From NCBI GenBank assembly GCA_943789275.1, contig CALSTM010000001.1, forward strand, positions 60,001 to 92,000: DNA of 32,000 bases, read 5' to 3'. Shown here one piece after another: positions 1-10,400 of this stretch. The DNA is from Candidatus Poseidoniaceae archaeon. Its GTDB lineage: Archaea > Thermoplasmatota > Poseidoniia > Poseidoniales > Poseidoniaceae. Under the pieces are notes generated by a model, which was given only the letters and a program-made list of their open reading frames with translations, did no database searches and was not told where the DNA came from. Made by a program: the position numbers and the translations under genes. How positions within the stretch are numbered: the stretch's first letter is position 1; each line of letters begins with the position of its first letter.

Positions 1-1
1 T

Positions 2-1651
2 ATTTATTCCCGTGTGACACAAAACGGTACATTCCCAATCGATGCTGTGCAGTCGGTTTATGTCGAAGTTCCAAGCATCACTGCTGCCGATGGCGGCTCG
101 GGCTTGACCGGTGGTGCTGTCGTGCACCTCGGACTTTGGATGCCGGTGATTGAAGGCTGCGATTGGACAGCGGCTAACCTTTCAGCGGATTGCCAAGTTC
201 CCGTTATTGCAGAAGTCGGACCGTATTACAACGACGGCGATGTCGACGCTCTTACTCCAGCTGACCGACTTGGTAAGTTTCTCATCGAGAACTACGTGCC
301 CCACGGCTACGGTGTGGCTCAAGTTTCCGTGTTTGGAACCGGTGAATCGAACCACTGCATGGACCTCATGGGCACGGACGAACAACGCGGCATTGATGCT
401 GCAGTGACATGGCTTGGTACTCAACCATGGTCCAACGGCAAAGTCGGAATGATTGGAAAGTCATACGACGGCTCAACACCATGGCAAGCAGCAACCTTTG
501 GCAACCCTCACCTTGCGACCATCGTTCCTATGTCTGGACTCATCGGAGTCCACGAACTCATGTGGCGTAACGGAAGTATGGAAGCACGTGGTATGATCAT
601 GCACAACGGTGTCTACGGCTCTTTTGGTGTCGATGGAGATGCTGAGGACCCGGAGAATCTGTGTGAAGGTTATCTGGAAGGCTACATCAACGGACCTGCC
701 GCATATCTCTCTGGAGGTATGGTTGACTATGCAGGCAATACCTACTGGACCGAACGTTCGTTCCTTGAGCGAGTGGTTGAGAACTATCAGGGTTCAATTT
801 ACATCATTCAAGGCATGCAGGACTGGAACGTCGACCCTCACATGGCTTTCCCGACGCACCAAATTGTTGTCGATGCAGGTATTGAAACCAAGACGCTCGC
901 AGGCCAATGGGCCCATGATTATCCAGACCGAAAGTCAGGACACGAGGCTCTCCCATCCGGTGAAGGTGCTGAGGCTTACCCGTACACATTACGCTGGGAT
1001 TGGGCCGATGAAATGCTCTACTGGTTTGATTGGTATCTCAAGGGCGAAGGCCGTGCACCGACGCTCGGTGTTGAAATGCAAGACAACCGAGGTGGCTGGA
1101 GGTTTGAGTCCACTTATCCTGCAGAGGACACCTTCTACATGGAAATCGGTGCAGCAGACATGAACCCAAGCGGTGCTTCGATGGTAACGACTACCGAAAC
1201 AATCACGCTTTCTTACGGTCCTTTCGAAGAGGATGTTTACATCGCTGGAATGCCTACCTTCCATATCCCAATCACCACACACACAACCAACGGTGCTCAC
1301 GCCTATCTGGAAATGAGTGATGACTCAGGAATGCGCCTTGGCCATGCAGTCATGGATTTCAGATTCGCTGACGGTGGCCGCGATGGAGATGTCGCTCTTG
1401 GTGCATTTGTTTCGGTGACCGGTCAAATGGAATTCATGCCCATGGATATCTTCCTCTCGGCTGGTGAATCCATCCAAATCACCATGTCCCAAACCGGTCA
1501 AGATTACGTTCCTTCACCAGGTGCAATCGGTGGCTATTCAGTGAATTGGGCTGGTGCAACGCTGACCCTACCGTTGGTGAATCGGACATGTGCAGATTTG
1601 TTCCAAGCCCCAATGCACGAGTATTCGATCGATGCGCCTCGTTTGTGCTGA
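2..1651 (+). CDS. CocE/NonD-family hydrolase / X-Pro dipeptidyl-peptidase-like serine peptidase (MEROPS S15), 5' end cut by the window edge
   Basis: The frame is open from nt 2; the track start at 14 is only the first GTG. Motifs: nucleophile-elbow GMIGKSYDGSTPW (GxSYxG), plus QGMQDWNVDPHMA and GQWAHDYP in the acid/His region. It aligns with the paralog at 3812-5656 from about that protein's residue 130, so roughly 130 N-terminal residues lie upstream of the window. Confidence 0.85.
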   Translation: MYSRVTQNGTFPIDAVQSVYVEVPSITAADGGSGLTGGAVVHLGLWMPVIEGCDWTAANLSADCQVPVIAEVGPYYNDGDVDALTPADRLGKFLIENYVPHGYGVAQVSVFGTGESNHCMDLMGTDEQRGIDAAVTWLGTQPWSNGKVGMIGKSYDGSTPWQAATFGNPHLATIVPMSGLIGVHELMWRNGSMEARGMIMHNGVYGSFGVDGDAEDPENLCEGYLEGYINGPAAYLSGGMVDYAGNTYWTERSFLERVVENYQGSIYIIQGMQDWNVDPHMAFPTHQIVVDAGIETKTLAGQWAHDYPDRKSGHEALPSGEGAEAYPYTLRWDWADEMLYWFDWYLKGEGRAPTLGVEMQDNRGGWRFESTYPAEDTFYMEIGAADMNPSGASMVTTTETITLSYGPFEEDVYIAGMPTFHIPITTHTTNGAHAYLEMSDDSGMRLGHAVMDFRFADGGRDGDVALGAFVSVTGQMEFMPMDIFLSAGESIQITMSQTGQDYVPSPGAIGGYSVNWAGATLTLPLVNRTCADLFQAPMHEYSIDAPRLC

Positions 1652-3652
1652 TCAGTCGAACATTGTTAGAATGTCTCGGAACAGTGTTTGGGCATGCCCT
1701 TCGCTTCGTTCAACCAATCGCTTCACAATCAATTCCGGTGTTGAACGAGCCAGATGGTTTCGCTTTGGTGTCCGGTCTACCATGAGTTCCAAATTGGCAT
1801 CTAAGCCAGTAGCCTCTATACCGTCAACTCTCAAGTCGTTACGTCCAGTCGCCTCCAGTATTGCAGGCGCTAGATGGGTGACAAGCATCATTGTCGTATC
1901 GTCTTGGGCTTCTGCAGCAAGCAGCATGCCTGCAATAATTCGGGCACCGGCACCAGGCTCAGTGATTGCTTCCAGTTCATCTGCAAGAATCAGTTTAGGC
2001 GTTGGGTCGCTGACCACATTAGCGAGTTCAACCAGTGTTTGTTCCAGTGCACCAGCGCTTTGAGTTCCACCGGCTTTGGCAAGAATATGCAGAGCATCGA
2101 CTTGTCCAACACGCGCAGACCGAGCAGGCACAGGCAACCCCATGTGTGCAAGAATACAGGTGTGTGCAAGCAATTCCAAAAGCGTGGTTTTACCACCTGA
2201 ATTGGCACCGGTGAGAAGTGCAAGTGATTGTTGGTCGCCGTTTTCACCGGCGTTTCCCAGTCCATAGGTGACCGGGTCAGGTTCACACCCAAGCAACAAA
2301 TGTCGCCCTTCCTCAATGTAGATTCCATGTTCGACAAATTCAGGAAGTACACACTCCCTCGCCTTGGCCCACAAAGCGATGCAAACCCACTGATCAAAAC
2401 CGATGAGTGAACGAACAGCATCTTCACATCGAGAACGGAGTGGACCGAGTTTCTGGGCGAGCATGAGCATATGTTCGGTCTCTCCAGTCTTGAGTTTCTG
2501 CTCGAGTGCCTGGTCGATTTCATCGATGACTTTCCTGTTGATTTTAGCAGGCCACTGAGTGGCAAAAATATCGTACGGACATCGAACACCTGTACCTTCA
2601 AGCGTTTCAACCATCGATTGTTTTGCCTTTTGCATGGCTTCTGTGATGACATCACTGGTTGCTTCCTGTAATTTTCTTTGGAAGGCAGCTCCGTCTGAAA
2701 GTGCCTCCAGAAGTTCGGCACCACTCAAGTTCATTTTCGCGTCATCCATCGCTTGAGCCACCTCATCGTTGACCTGCCCTTCCAGTCCCTTGGCCGTTTT
2801 CCACAGTGTATCTTTGACTTCTGCAATGGTTTCGAGGTCACCTTGGTCGTCGATGCTTTCGAGTATTTCAGGCAGATGTTCAAGTCCGACTACATGGGAG
2901 AACAACTCATCGATGAAGGGATGGGAATCCGTTGATTGACGAGCCATTTTGACAACATCCGATAGGACGGTCAGTGTACGAAGGTTTTGGCGGAACCAAT
3001 CGATGGTTCGTTCAGGTAGAATCAGTTCACTTGAGGCGCCTTTGGGTAGAACAACCCATCCGTCCGGAGCATCATCGGGAGCGCCTGTGCCAAGCCAAGT
3101 TACCGATTTGAACACGGTGTAATCCTTCCAAGTTTCTCCTTCTCCAGGTTGCAATACTCGGCACCACTTCTTGAAACCGTCCAACGGTTCTTTGCTCACG
3201 ACGACTCGTTCATAGCGCTCGTTCGCAAACCGGGTTTGTCGAAGATTGTGGAACAACCCTGAAAGGGTGACCATACGTTCATGGTTTTGGCTTTGAAAGT
3301 GCATGGAATGACTCACTTTGAGTCTTCGTTCCGCAGGGTTTTCAACGGGCATCAGCAGTTGCATCCTCTCTCGAGTTGCTGCACAGGATGCGAACGAGAC
3401 AATGTCCTGCAGCAGTGCACGGTGGAGTTTCTCTGCTTCTTTGGTAGCAAGGAACGAGCCCGATTGACCGGTGATCATACGCGCCAGATTCAACGCTCTT
3501 TTCGGCGATACCCCGTCGATTTCAGCAATTCGGGCAATGTCGCCTGATTTTAACGATGCAATCGCTTCTTCTTCTCCACCGAAATGTTCGGTGATTTTTT
3601 GGGCAAGCCGTTCCCCAACACCCGGTAGTTTACTCAGAACCATGCGTACCAT
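1652..3652 (-). CDS. Archaeal-type MutS2-like DNA-binding ATPase (MutS domain V, N-terminal tandem helix-hairpin-helix, no Smr or mismatch-recognition domain)
   Basis: 666-aa ORF. The N-terminus LSKLPGVGERLAQKITEHFGGEEEAI...IAEIDGVSPKRALNLA forms two HhH motifs. The C-terminus has Walker A LLTGANSGGKTTLLE and a Walker-B-like LILADELEAITEPG, followed by TMMLVTH. Start is ATG 3652 or ATG 3643. Confidence 0.75.
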   Translation of the reverse strand: MVRMVLSKLPGVGERLAQKITEHFGGEEEAIASLKSGDIARIAEIDGVSPKRALNLARMITGQSGSFLATKEAEKLHRALLQDIVSFASCAATRERMQLLMPVENPAERRLKVSHSMHFQSQNHERMVTLSGLFHNLRQTRFANERYERVVVSKEPLDGFKKWCRVLQPGEGETWKDYTVFKSVTWLGTGAPDDAPDGWVVLPKGASSELILPERTIDWFRQNLRTLTVLSDVVKMARQSTDSHPFIDELFSHVVGLEHLPEILESIDDQGDLETIAEVKDTLWKTAKGLEGQVNDEVAQAMDDAKMNLSGAELLEALSDGAAFQRKLQEATSDVITEAMQKAKQSMVETLEGTGVRCPYDIFATQWPAKINRKVIDEIDQALEQKLKTGETEHMLMLAQKLGPLRSRCEDAVRSLIGFDQWVCIALWAKARECVLPEFVEHGIYIEEGRHLLLGCEPDPVTYGLGNAGENGDQQSLALLTGANSGGKTTLLELLAHTCILAHMGLPVPARSARVGQVDALHILAKAGGTQSAGALEQTLVELANVVSDPTPKLILADELEAITEPGAGARIIAGMLLAAEAQDDTTMMLVTHLAPAILEATGRNDLRVDGIEATGLDANLELMVDRTPKRNHLARSTPELIVKRLVERSEGHAQTLFRDILTMFD

Positions 3653-3811
3653 CGGTTGTCAAGGGCTTTTGAGGATATTGTTCAAACGGCGTCTCTCTTC
3701 TCGAATTTTGAGGGACAGTATCTACAGGTCAATTGCTCGTTAACCTCAAAAGACAGAGGGTTTACCCTACAATGGTGCACAGGATTGAATCAAGACGGTT
3801 CTAAGAGTCAA

Positions 3812-5656
3812 GTGAGTTCAGTGCGCGAATTCAACATCGTGTTGAGTTCAATCGTCGCTGTTTCTTTGGTCTTCCTGTTTATCTCCGCAGTGTACAGCGG
3901 AACGGTTGTTGAAATCATCGAGGACGAGGACCAACAATCAGCCGTCCGTGTCCCCGTTTGGGAACGCAACACTTTGCCTTACCAGACCGATGGAGAGTTT
4001 GGAGTTGCCCTTGAAGTTGGTCCGTACGAATTGCTTCCAACAGAAAACGAATGGAGTTCAACGCACCATTTTGTCGAGTATTCCCTTCCGATTGAAGAAG
4101 GCGGCGCTGCTCCTGATGATGCCGTGATCAGTCTTGCTGTTTGGCGACCAAATGTTCCCGATGGAGTGAAGGTGCCAGTTATTGCTGAATTTGGACCTTA
4201 TTTCCAAGAAGCTTCTGTTGAAACACCGAGCATCGAAGTTCCTGGCACCTGGCTTGGCCAGATGATTATCGACCAGATACTTCCTCACGGCTTTGCATTC
4301 GCCCAAGTATCCGTCTCCGGTACAGGGCGCTCAAATCATTGCATGGATTTGATGGGTAACGCTGAGCAACTTGGCAACGATGCTGCAGTACGATGGCTTG
4401 CAGAACAGAATTGGTCGAACGGTGCAGTTGGTATGATTGGGAAATCATACGACGGTAGCACACCTTGGCAAGCAGCCATGTTCGGTGCTGAGCACGATTA
4501 TCTCAAGACCATTGTACCTATTTCCGGATTGATTGGCGTCAAGGAATTGATGTGGCGTAACGGCTCCTCGGAGGCCAGGGCACCCATCATGCACAACGGC
4601 GTTTACGGCTCATATGGAATCGATGGCGATGAAGAGGATTATCAAAACATTTGTCCAGATTACCTCATTGGCCCAGGTACAGGGGTTTCTGCGTACATGT
4701 TCGGTTCGGAAGTTGCCGGTGATTACTGGGCTGAACGGTACTTCCTCGAACGGGTTTTGAACAATTACCAAGGCAGTGTTTACTTGATTCAAGGTATGCA
4801 TGACTGGAACGTAGACCCACACATGGCGGTCCCGACGATGAATGCTCTCAAAGACGCTGGAATCGATGCGAAGGGATTGTTTGGCCAGTGGGACCACGAC
4901 TATCCTGACCGTCCTGTTCAATTGGATGACCGGTCCGATTTAGGAGGCCGTGGCGGGGAAGCTTTCCCCGAAATGATACGTTACGATTGGATGCAAGACC
5001 TCCTCGAATGGTTCGACTTCTATCTGCGAGATGTAGGTGAACAACCGGGTCTTTACATCGAGATTCAATCGAACCAAGGCTCATGGAGACTCGAGGACAG
5101 ATATCCACCGAGCGACACGGTCGAAATGACGTTTGATTTAGGTGATGCCATGGTCAATGTTGGAGGAGGAACAACCGTGTTTCCCGATGCGAACACTGGA
5201 CCGGTTTGGCAATCTGCTCCACTTTCAGAAACCATGTATGTTGCCGGTACGCCTCGACTGCATGTTGATGTCACCACGGCAAGCGTCGGTGGGCAATTGT
5301 ATGCTCTGCTCGAAGAATGCGATGATTCGGACAATTGCATTCACATCGGACATGCGATCATGGATTTACGATACCATGCAGGCGGTGACGATATTCAATC
5401 ATGGACGCCTGTTGTTGAAACGATCAATGCGAAGATGGAATTCATGCCTCTGGATGCCGAGATTCCTGAAGGCCATACTTTGCGTCTGAGTTTACTTTCA
5501 ACGGGTGAAGATTACTTGCCTGCAAGCACATCGTCGGTCGTGTTTGTCCAAGAAGGTGAATCCTCGACGCTCCAAATGGATACATTCGTACCTACCGGCC
5601 GAATCTATTTCACACCACCAGAATGCCTTCACGAACGCTGTATCGTCGTGGAATGA
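3812..5656 (+). CDS. CocE/NonD-family / S15 X-Pro dipeptidyl-peptidase-like serine peptidase, membrane-anchored paralog
   Basis: Motifs GMIGKSYDGSTPWQAA, ELMWRNGS, IMHNGVYGS, QGMHDWNVDPHMA and GQWDHDYP are shared with the gene at 2-1651. I prefer the GTG at 3812 (or 3821), which sits just before the signal anchor IVLSSIVAVSLVFLFISAVY. The track's TTG at 3656 would leave 3 nt to the divergent gene start at 3652. Start uncertain by about +/-30 nt. Confidence 0.85.
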   Translation: MSSVREFNIVLSSIVAVSLVFLFISAVYSGTVVEIIEDEDQQSAVRVPVWERNTLPYQTDGEFGVALEVGPYELLPTENEWSSTHHFVEYSLPIEEGGAAPDDAVISLAVWRPNVPDGVKVPVIAEFGPYFQEASVETPSIEVPGTWLGQMIIDQILPHGFAFAQVSVSGTGRSNHCMDLMGNAEQLGNDAAVRWLAEQNWSNGAVGMIGKSYDGSTPWQAAMFGAEHDYLKTIVPISGLIGVKELMWRNGSSEARAPIMHNGVYGSYGIDGDEEDYQNICPDYLIGPGTGVSAYMFGSEVAGDYWAERYFLERVLNNYQGSVYLIQGMHDWNVDPHMAVPTMNALKDAGIDAKGLFGQWDHDYPDRPVQLDDRSDLGGRGGEAFPEMIRYDWMQDLLEWFDFYLRDVGEQPGLYIEIQSNQGSWRLEDRYPPSDTVEMTFDLGDAMVNVGGGTTVFPDANTGPVWQSAPLSETMYVAGTPRLHVDVTTASVGGQLYALLEECDDSDNCIHIGHAIMDLRYHAGGDDIQSWTPVVETINAKMEFMPLDAEIPEGHTLRLSLLSTGEDYLPASTSSVVFVQEGESSTLQMDTFVPTGRIYFTPPECLHERCIVVE

Positions 5657-5663
5657 ACCTCAT

Positions 5664-5972
5664 TCACTTGATGAAACGCCGGGTAAGGTAAAATCCTGCA
5701 AGAGCAGCCAACCCAAAAGAACCGGTTTCATAGAGCGCATTTACCATTGAATCCGCTTGTTGAATAAAATCGGTTTCTTCCATTAATCCGAACGTAAGTC
5801 GATGCCAATCGATGATGACAATTCCCCGTGCTTCGAGCCATTTTAACAGTATGAACTGAATGACAAATAACGACTTGATGATGTTACTTGCAATTTTGAA
5901 AAGGAAGGCTGCCAGAACACCAAGAACAAGTCCTTGCAGAGCAGAATTAGTGAGCGCGACCGCCTCAATCAT
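5664..5972 (-). CDS. Small integral membrane protein, FUN14-like
   Basis: 102 aa with 2-3 hydrophobic helices. LQGLVLGVLAAFLFKIASNIIKSLFVIQFILLKWLEARGIVIIDWHRL resembles the FUN14 pattern (G-rich helix ... G-I-I-x-V/I-N/D-W). The family call is from memory of that pattern only. Confidence 0.5.
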   Translation of the reverse strand: MIEAVALTNSALQGLVLGVLAAFLFKIASNIIKSLFVIQFILLKWLEARGIVIIDWHRLTFGLMEETDFIQQADSMVNALYETGSFGLAALAGFYLTRRFIK

Positions 5973-6022
5973 GGGTGCAAATGAGGCTCAAGGTCAATGT
6001 TCTTTTCGCATTGGTGATGCTT

Positions 6023-7429
6023 TCATGAGGAATACGGCAACTCAAGTTCGACGGCAAACAGAGGGTCTGGGTCGGTCGAATCGTGGTACGCAACAATAAC
6101 GCCACCGTCGTTGAGGATGCCAAGTGATGCAAAGTCAAAGCGGATATCGTTTCCTGCTCCAGAGGTCGAGTCAAGGTCGCCTTGTCCAATGTAGGTCAAG
6201 GTATCTGGCGACATGTCTTCAGAGTAACCACGCACGTGGTACACCATGTCAATGTCTGGTCCATCTGTGCTTTGGTATCGAATATTCAACACGAACACAT
6301 CCAATTCACCGTTGGCTTGGAACTCCCATTCTTCAATCGAGGACGAGACTGAGCTCATGTCATAGGTTTGGTTTTGCCACGTCACTGCACCGTCGGTGGA
6401 CATGTAGTGTGTGAAACTCGTACCAGAGTTGGCAACGCAATGCAAAGTTCCAGAAGAGTCAAAATGACAGTATTCTGAAGGGAATTGTACTTCCAGTTCA
6501 TTCCAAGACAAGGTCGTATCCATGTATGCTGCGTTGCCGTTGTTGTAGTAACTCGGGAAAATGAGACCGCCGGTTGGCATGGGGAAGGCTCGCATTTCCT
6601 TGTGCGGTTTATTGACGTCGTAGTACGAAGAAAGCCCATCTTCTGTGAAGTTCAGGTCCAGTTCGATGGTGGGGTCGTTTGAATCTCGGCTCGTGAACTG
6701 GAACGGTACGTAATTGAGTCCGTCGACGCTTATTTGCCCCCCTGCATCAAGCGTTTGATGCCAGAAATTCGAGACCACAATGCTCGCCCAGTCGCCGTTT
6801 CCAATGGTCGAAGTAATCGGGCCAACAACTTCTACTTGCCAAGACCGGTCATAGAACGGTTCTGTTAAGCGGTTGTAGCACCATTTCCATTCGTCTTCAG
6901 ATTCATCAAAAAGAATGGCATAGAACTTGTCGATTTTTCCGTCAGCACCAACGTATGGGAACCACGACATTGAGATGATGTCGCCGTTGGTCGCTTGAAC
7001 GATGCTGCCCTCTCCCAGTCCTTCTTGTCCGGGGTTTGTTGGGACTGCAGTTACGCATTGTCCCAGCGCAGGTAACACGCCTGGAATGTAGGTATCCCAC
7101 GTGTGACCGCGGTCTTCACTGAAGACGGGATATTCTCCACCGATGTTGAGGATTTGTCCCTCAATGGTCGTTGCAAGGTAGTGTTCGCAACAGTTGCCAC
7201 CTTTGGAGGCATCAAACACCGCCCATGAGGTGTTGGTCGTCTCGTTTGTCCTCAAATCGACGGTGACAAACATGCGCGGATCTTCATGAGTTACGCTGTC
7301 AATCAGTTGGTAGGATTCCCAAATCGACGTCATTTCAGCGTCGTTTTCCATCATTTCTTCGCCACCGCCAAAACAGCCTGCTAAGACCATCGAAGCGACC
7401 AAAAGAACAGACAACAGAACTCTTCGCAT
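6023..7429 (-). CDS. Secreted BNR/Asp-box repeat (sialidase-fold-like beta-propeller) lipoprotein, function unknown
   Basis: Start re-called to ATG 7429. This gives MRRVLLSVLLVASMVLAG-C-FGGG, an n-h region followed by a lipobox-like LAGC. Two Asp-box motifs are visible (SxDxGxTW): FSEDRGHTW and MSTDGAVTW. The mature protein is very acidic. The track's 7642 start overlaps the ileS 3' end. Confidence 0.65.
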   Translation of the reverse strand: MRRVLLSVLLVASMVLAGCFGGGEEMMENDAEMTSIWESYQLIDSVTHEDPRMFVTVDLRTNETTNTSWAVFDASKGGNCCEHYLATTIEGQILNIGGEYPVFSEDRGHTWDTYIPGVLPALGQCVTAVPTNPGQEGLGEGSIVQATNGDIISMSWFPYVGADGKIDKFYAILFDESEDEWKWCYNRLTEPFYDRSWQVEVVGPITSTIGNGDWASIVVSNFWHQTLDAGGQISVDGLNYVPFQFTSRDSNDPTIELDLNFTEDGLSSYYDVNKPHKEMRAFPMPTGGLIFPSYYNNGNAAYMDTTLSWNELEVQFPSEYCHFDSSGTLHCVANSGTSFTHYMSTDGAVTWQNQTYDMSSVSSSIEEWEFQANGELDVFVLNIRYQSTDGPDIDMVYHVRGYSEDMSPDTLTYIGQGDLDSTSGAGNDIRFDFASLGILNDGGVIVAYHDSTDPDPLFAVELELPYSS

Positions 7430-7490
7430 GAAGAAGCGTAGCGGCACATTGATTTGAAGCCGTCGCTGAGGGGCGAAAACGATTTCAGCC

Positions 7491-10400
7491 TCATTGAACG
7501 GTGAACCAAACGGTTGTTCCATCAACATCGAAGTGTTCAGCATCCGTTCCTGCTTCGTCAGAATCTGAGTGGAATATGGCAGCGGCAGCTCGTGTTTCAG
7601 TGACAATCCATTGACGGTCTTGCTCGAACATTTCGGGTGCATTTTGCGTCCAAATCTCTACTTCAATGGTTGCTTCGATGGCAAGGTTGAGGTCTTTTCG
7701 CATGGCTTGAATTCGACGGGTAATGTCTCGTGCAAGTCCCTTTGAGAGCAAGTCTGGTGTGTCGTTCATGTCCAGGACCAAGCTGATTTGTTGGGCCTCC
7801 TCGCCTTGGCCGATGGTCACCGTTGATGCTGCAAAGCCTTCTCGTTCGATGCGTCGGATCTCGACATCACCCTCTTCGATGGCAACTCCAAGAATTTCGC
7901 AGGTACCTGCTTGAATGGACGCCAGCATTGCTGTTGGGTCTTCTGCGTTCTTGATTTCTCCAGCCACAGCATTGACTTCACTGCGTGCTTTTGGAGCCAA
8001 AGCACGGAAATTGGGTGCCAGTTCAATCTGTTGGAACCGGTCCAGGTCACTTTCAACTTCGATCGATTCGACGTTGAGTTCTTCGGCTAAGATGTCATGG
8101 AATTCGGCCATTTCGGGTCCGGATACAATCCAGCCTTGAGCGCATGGAAGACGCTGACGACGGCCAGCCTCAACACGGATGCGACGACCAACTTCAGCGA
8201 GTTCACGGACCAGAGCCATCGTGGATTCGAGAGAGAGGTCTTGTGGTGGCAAGTTTGCAGTTGCAGCCGCAGCCTCTTCATCCCACGCATCAGCAGTAGC
8301 ACCTTCGAGTGAGCCAGGAATACCCAGCGGCCATGCGGCTTGATGCACGGTTTCTCCGGTTAAGTTTCGATGAATGACATCGACCATGAAAGGACTGACG
8401 GGAGCGACTAATCGGCATACGGTCGTTAGAATCTCATGGAGGGTGTGTTGGCAAGAAACTTTGTCGCTGGTTTCTGCATCGTCCCATAATCTGCGACGGC
8501 TGCGTCGAACATACCAATTTGAAACATCGTTAACGATGAATTCTTCGAGGTCTCGGCATGCTTTGTGGAAGTTCCATTGCTTGAAGTCAGCATGGTATGA
8601 GTTGGCTGTGGTTGCCAAGCGGGAAAGAATCCACCGGTCAAGAGAAGAGCGAGATGCGACGTCTGAAGTTGACTGCTCAGGGTCGAATCCATCGAGTGCG
8701 GCATAATCTGCGTGGAATTTGTAGACGTTCCATAGCGTCAAGAACATCTTTGCATACGTTTCACGAACTCCATTTGAGTCGAACTTCAACGGATTCCAAG
8801 GCGCTCCAGCCGTAACCATGTACCAGCGTGTTGCATCAGCACCTTCACGGTTGAAGTGGTCCCATGGGTCAACAATATTACCGCGGGACTTCGACATCTT
8901 CTTTCCTTCAGCGTCGAGAATCAGTCCGAGACTCAAGCAGCGCTTGTACGCAGGCTGGTCAAAAACGGTCGTTGAGACCGCGAGTAGGGTGTAGAACCAT
9001 CCTCGCGTTTGGTCGACACCTTCACAGATGTAATCAACAGGGAATGAAGCATCGAATGTTTCCTTTCCTTCGAACGGATAATGCCATTGAGCGAAGGGGG
9101 CACATCCTGAATCAAACCAACAGTCCATGACAAAAGGCTCTCTTTGCATCGGTTTTCCGTCGTCAGAGACGAGCGTGTATCCGTCGACGACAGGGCGGTG
9201 AAGGTCGACATCATCAGGGCAGTCGGGGTTTTCAAACCCAGCCGCGACAGCCTTCGCCACTTCATTTTGAAGTTCTGAAATGGAACCGATGCACTTCATG
9301 TTTCCTTCTTCATCTCGCCAAACTGGAAGCGGTGTGCCCCAATAGCGTTCACGGGAGATGGCCCAATCTTTGACGTTGCGAAGCCATTCACCAAATCGAC
9401 CTTCGCCGACCCAGTCAGGTGCCCATTCCACGCCATCGTTAAACTCCAACAACCGTTCCTTCACGGCAGTCATTCGAACAAACCATGAATCCATTGCGTA
9501 GTAGAGCAATGGATGGTCGGTTCTCCAACAGTGTGGGTAGTCGTGAAGGTAGGATTTTTCTCGGTAAAGCAGTCCACTCTCAGGACCTTTGCCGTTGCTT
9601 CCGCCTCTGGCAGAAAGTAACTCAATGACCGTTTGGTCGCATTCTTTGACGTATCGTCCATCGAGTTGTGGGTGTGTTCCGGTCAGGAACGCACCGTCCA
9701 TACCAACGGTGTGATAAGCGGGAAGTCCAGCGTCCATTCCAAGATTGTAATCATCTTCACCGTACATGACCGCGGTGTGTACCACACCCGTTCCGTCTGT
9801 TGTGGTGACCCAGTCGGCTTCAAGAACGGTCCATGCGGTGGTTGATTCTCCACGAGGAACAGCATCTGGGAACAACGGTTCATAGGCTCGACCAACTAAG
9901 TGAGAGCCCGTGAACTCCTCGATGATTTCGACGTTGTGTCGAAGGACATCTTTCATCAAATCCTTGGCAAGAATCACTTCTTCACCGTCAGAGGCTCCAC
10001 CAGCACCAATCCAGTTTTCTGCTTGTTCGGTAATTCGAACTCGAACATAGGTGACCTCCGGCCCAACAGCTAATCCGACGTTGCCTGGTAACGTCCATGG
10101 CGTGGTGGTCCATGCCAAGATGCTCGCATTGTCATCGATGAGTTTGAATTTCACATAGACCGAAGGTTCCTCGACTTCCTTGTATCCCAGAGCGACTTCG
10201 TGACTTGAGTAAGAAGTGCCAGTTTGAGGGCAATATGGGAGGACTTTGTGGCCTCTGTACAGCAGACCTTTGTCGAACATTTGCTTCATTGCCCACCAGC
10301 AAGATTCGACGTAATTGTTGTCAAGTGTGACGTAAGGGTTATCCAGATCCACCCAGTAAGCCATTCGTTCAGTCATCTCTCTCCAAGCAGATTCATAGGT

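Noticed and set aside
1990-2724. 244-aa same-strand alternate-frame ORF inside the MutS2-like gene, and similar nested or antisense ORFs (609-1163, 16004-16483, 17017-17481, 20517-20879, 25394-25936)
   Set aside because: All lie fully inside longer ORFs that have clear family motifs. Their sequences are Arg/Ser/Cys-rich with no motifs, typical of shadow ORFs.
3675-3680. TATA-like ATATTG/CAATAT about 25 nt upstream of the MutS2-like ATG (would imply a leaderless archaeal transcript); similar AATAT upstream of bcp (26936-26940)
   Set aside because: These are short AT-rich hexamers with no BRE-like context and cannot be separated from chance without TSS data.
3656-3811. TTG-initiated 52-codon extension of the second S15 peptidase; also the coincidence that both divergent track ORFs are exactly 666 aa and 3 nt apart
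   Set aside because: The extension would leave no promoter space next to the MutS2-like start at 3652 and precedes the obvious signal anchor. The equal length is a coincidence of longest-ORF calling.
7465-7489. Possible terminator hairpin after ileS (GCTGA ... TCAGC)
   Set aside because: The stem is only 5 bp with a 15-nt loop and no flanking T-run, so it is too weak to call.
7430-7642. 5' extension of the BNR-protein ORF overlapping the ileS 3' end
   Set aside because: A longest-ORF artefact. A complete lipoprotein signal peptide starts at ATG 7429.
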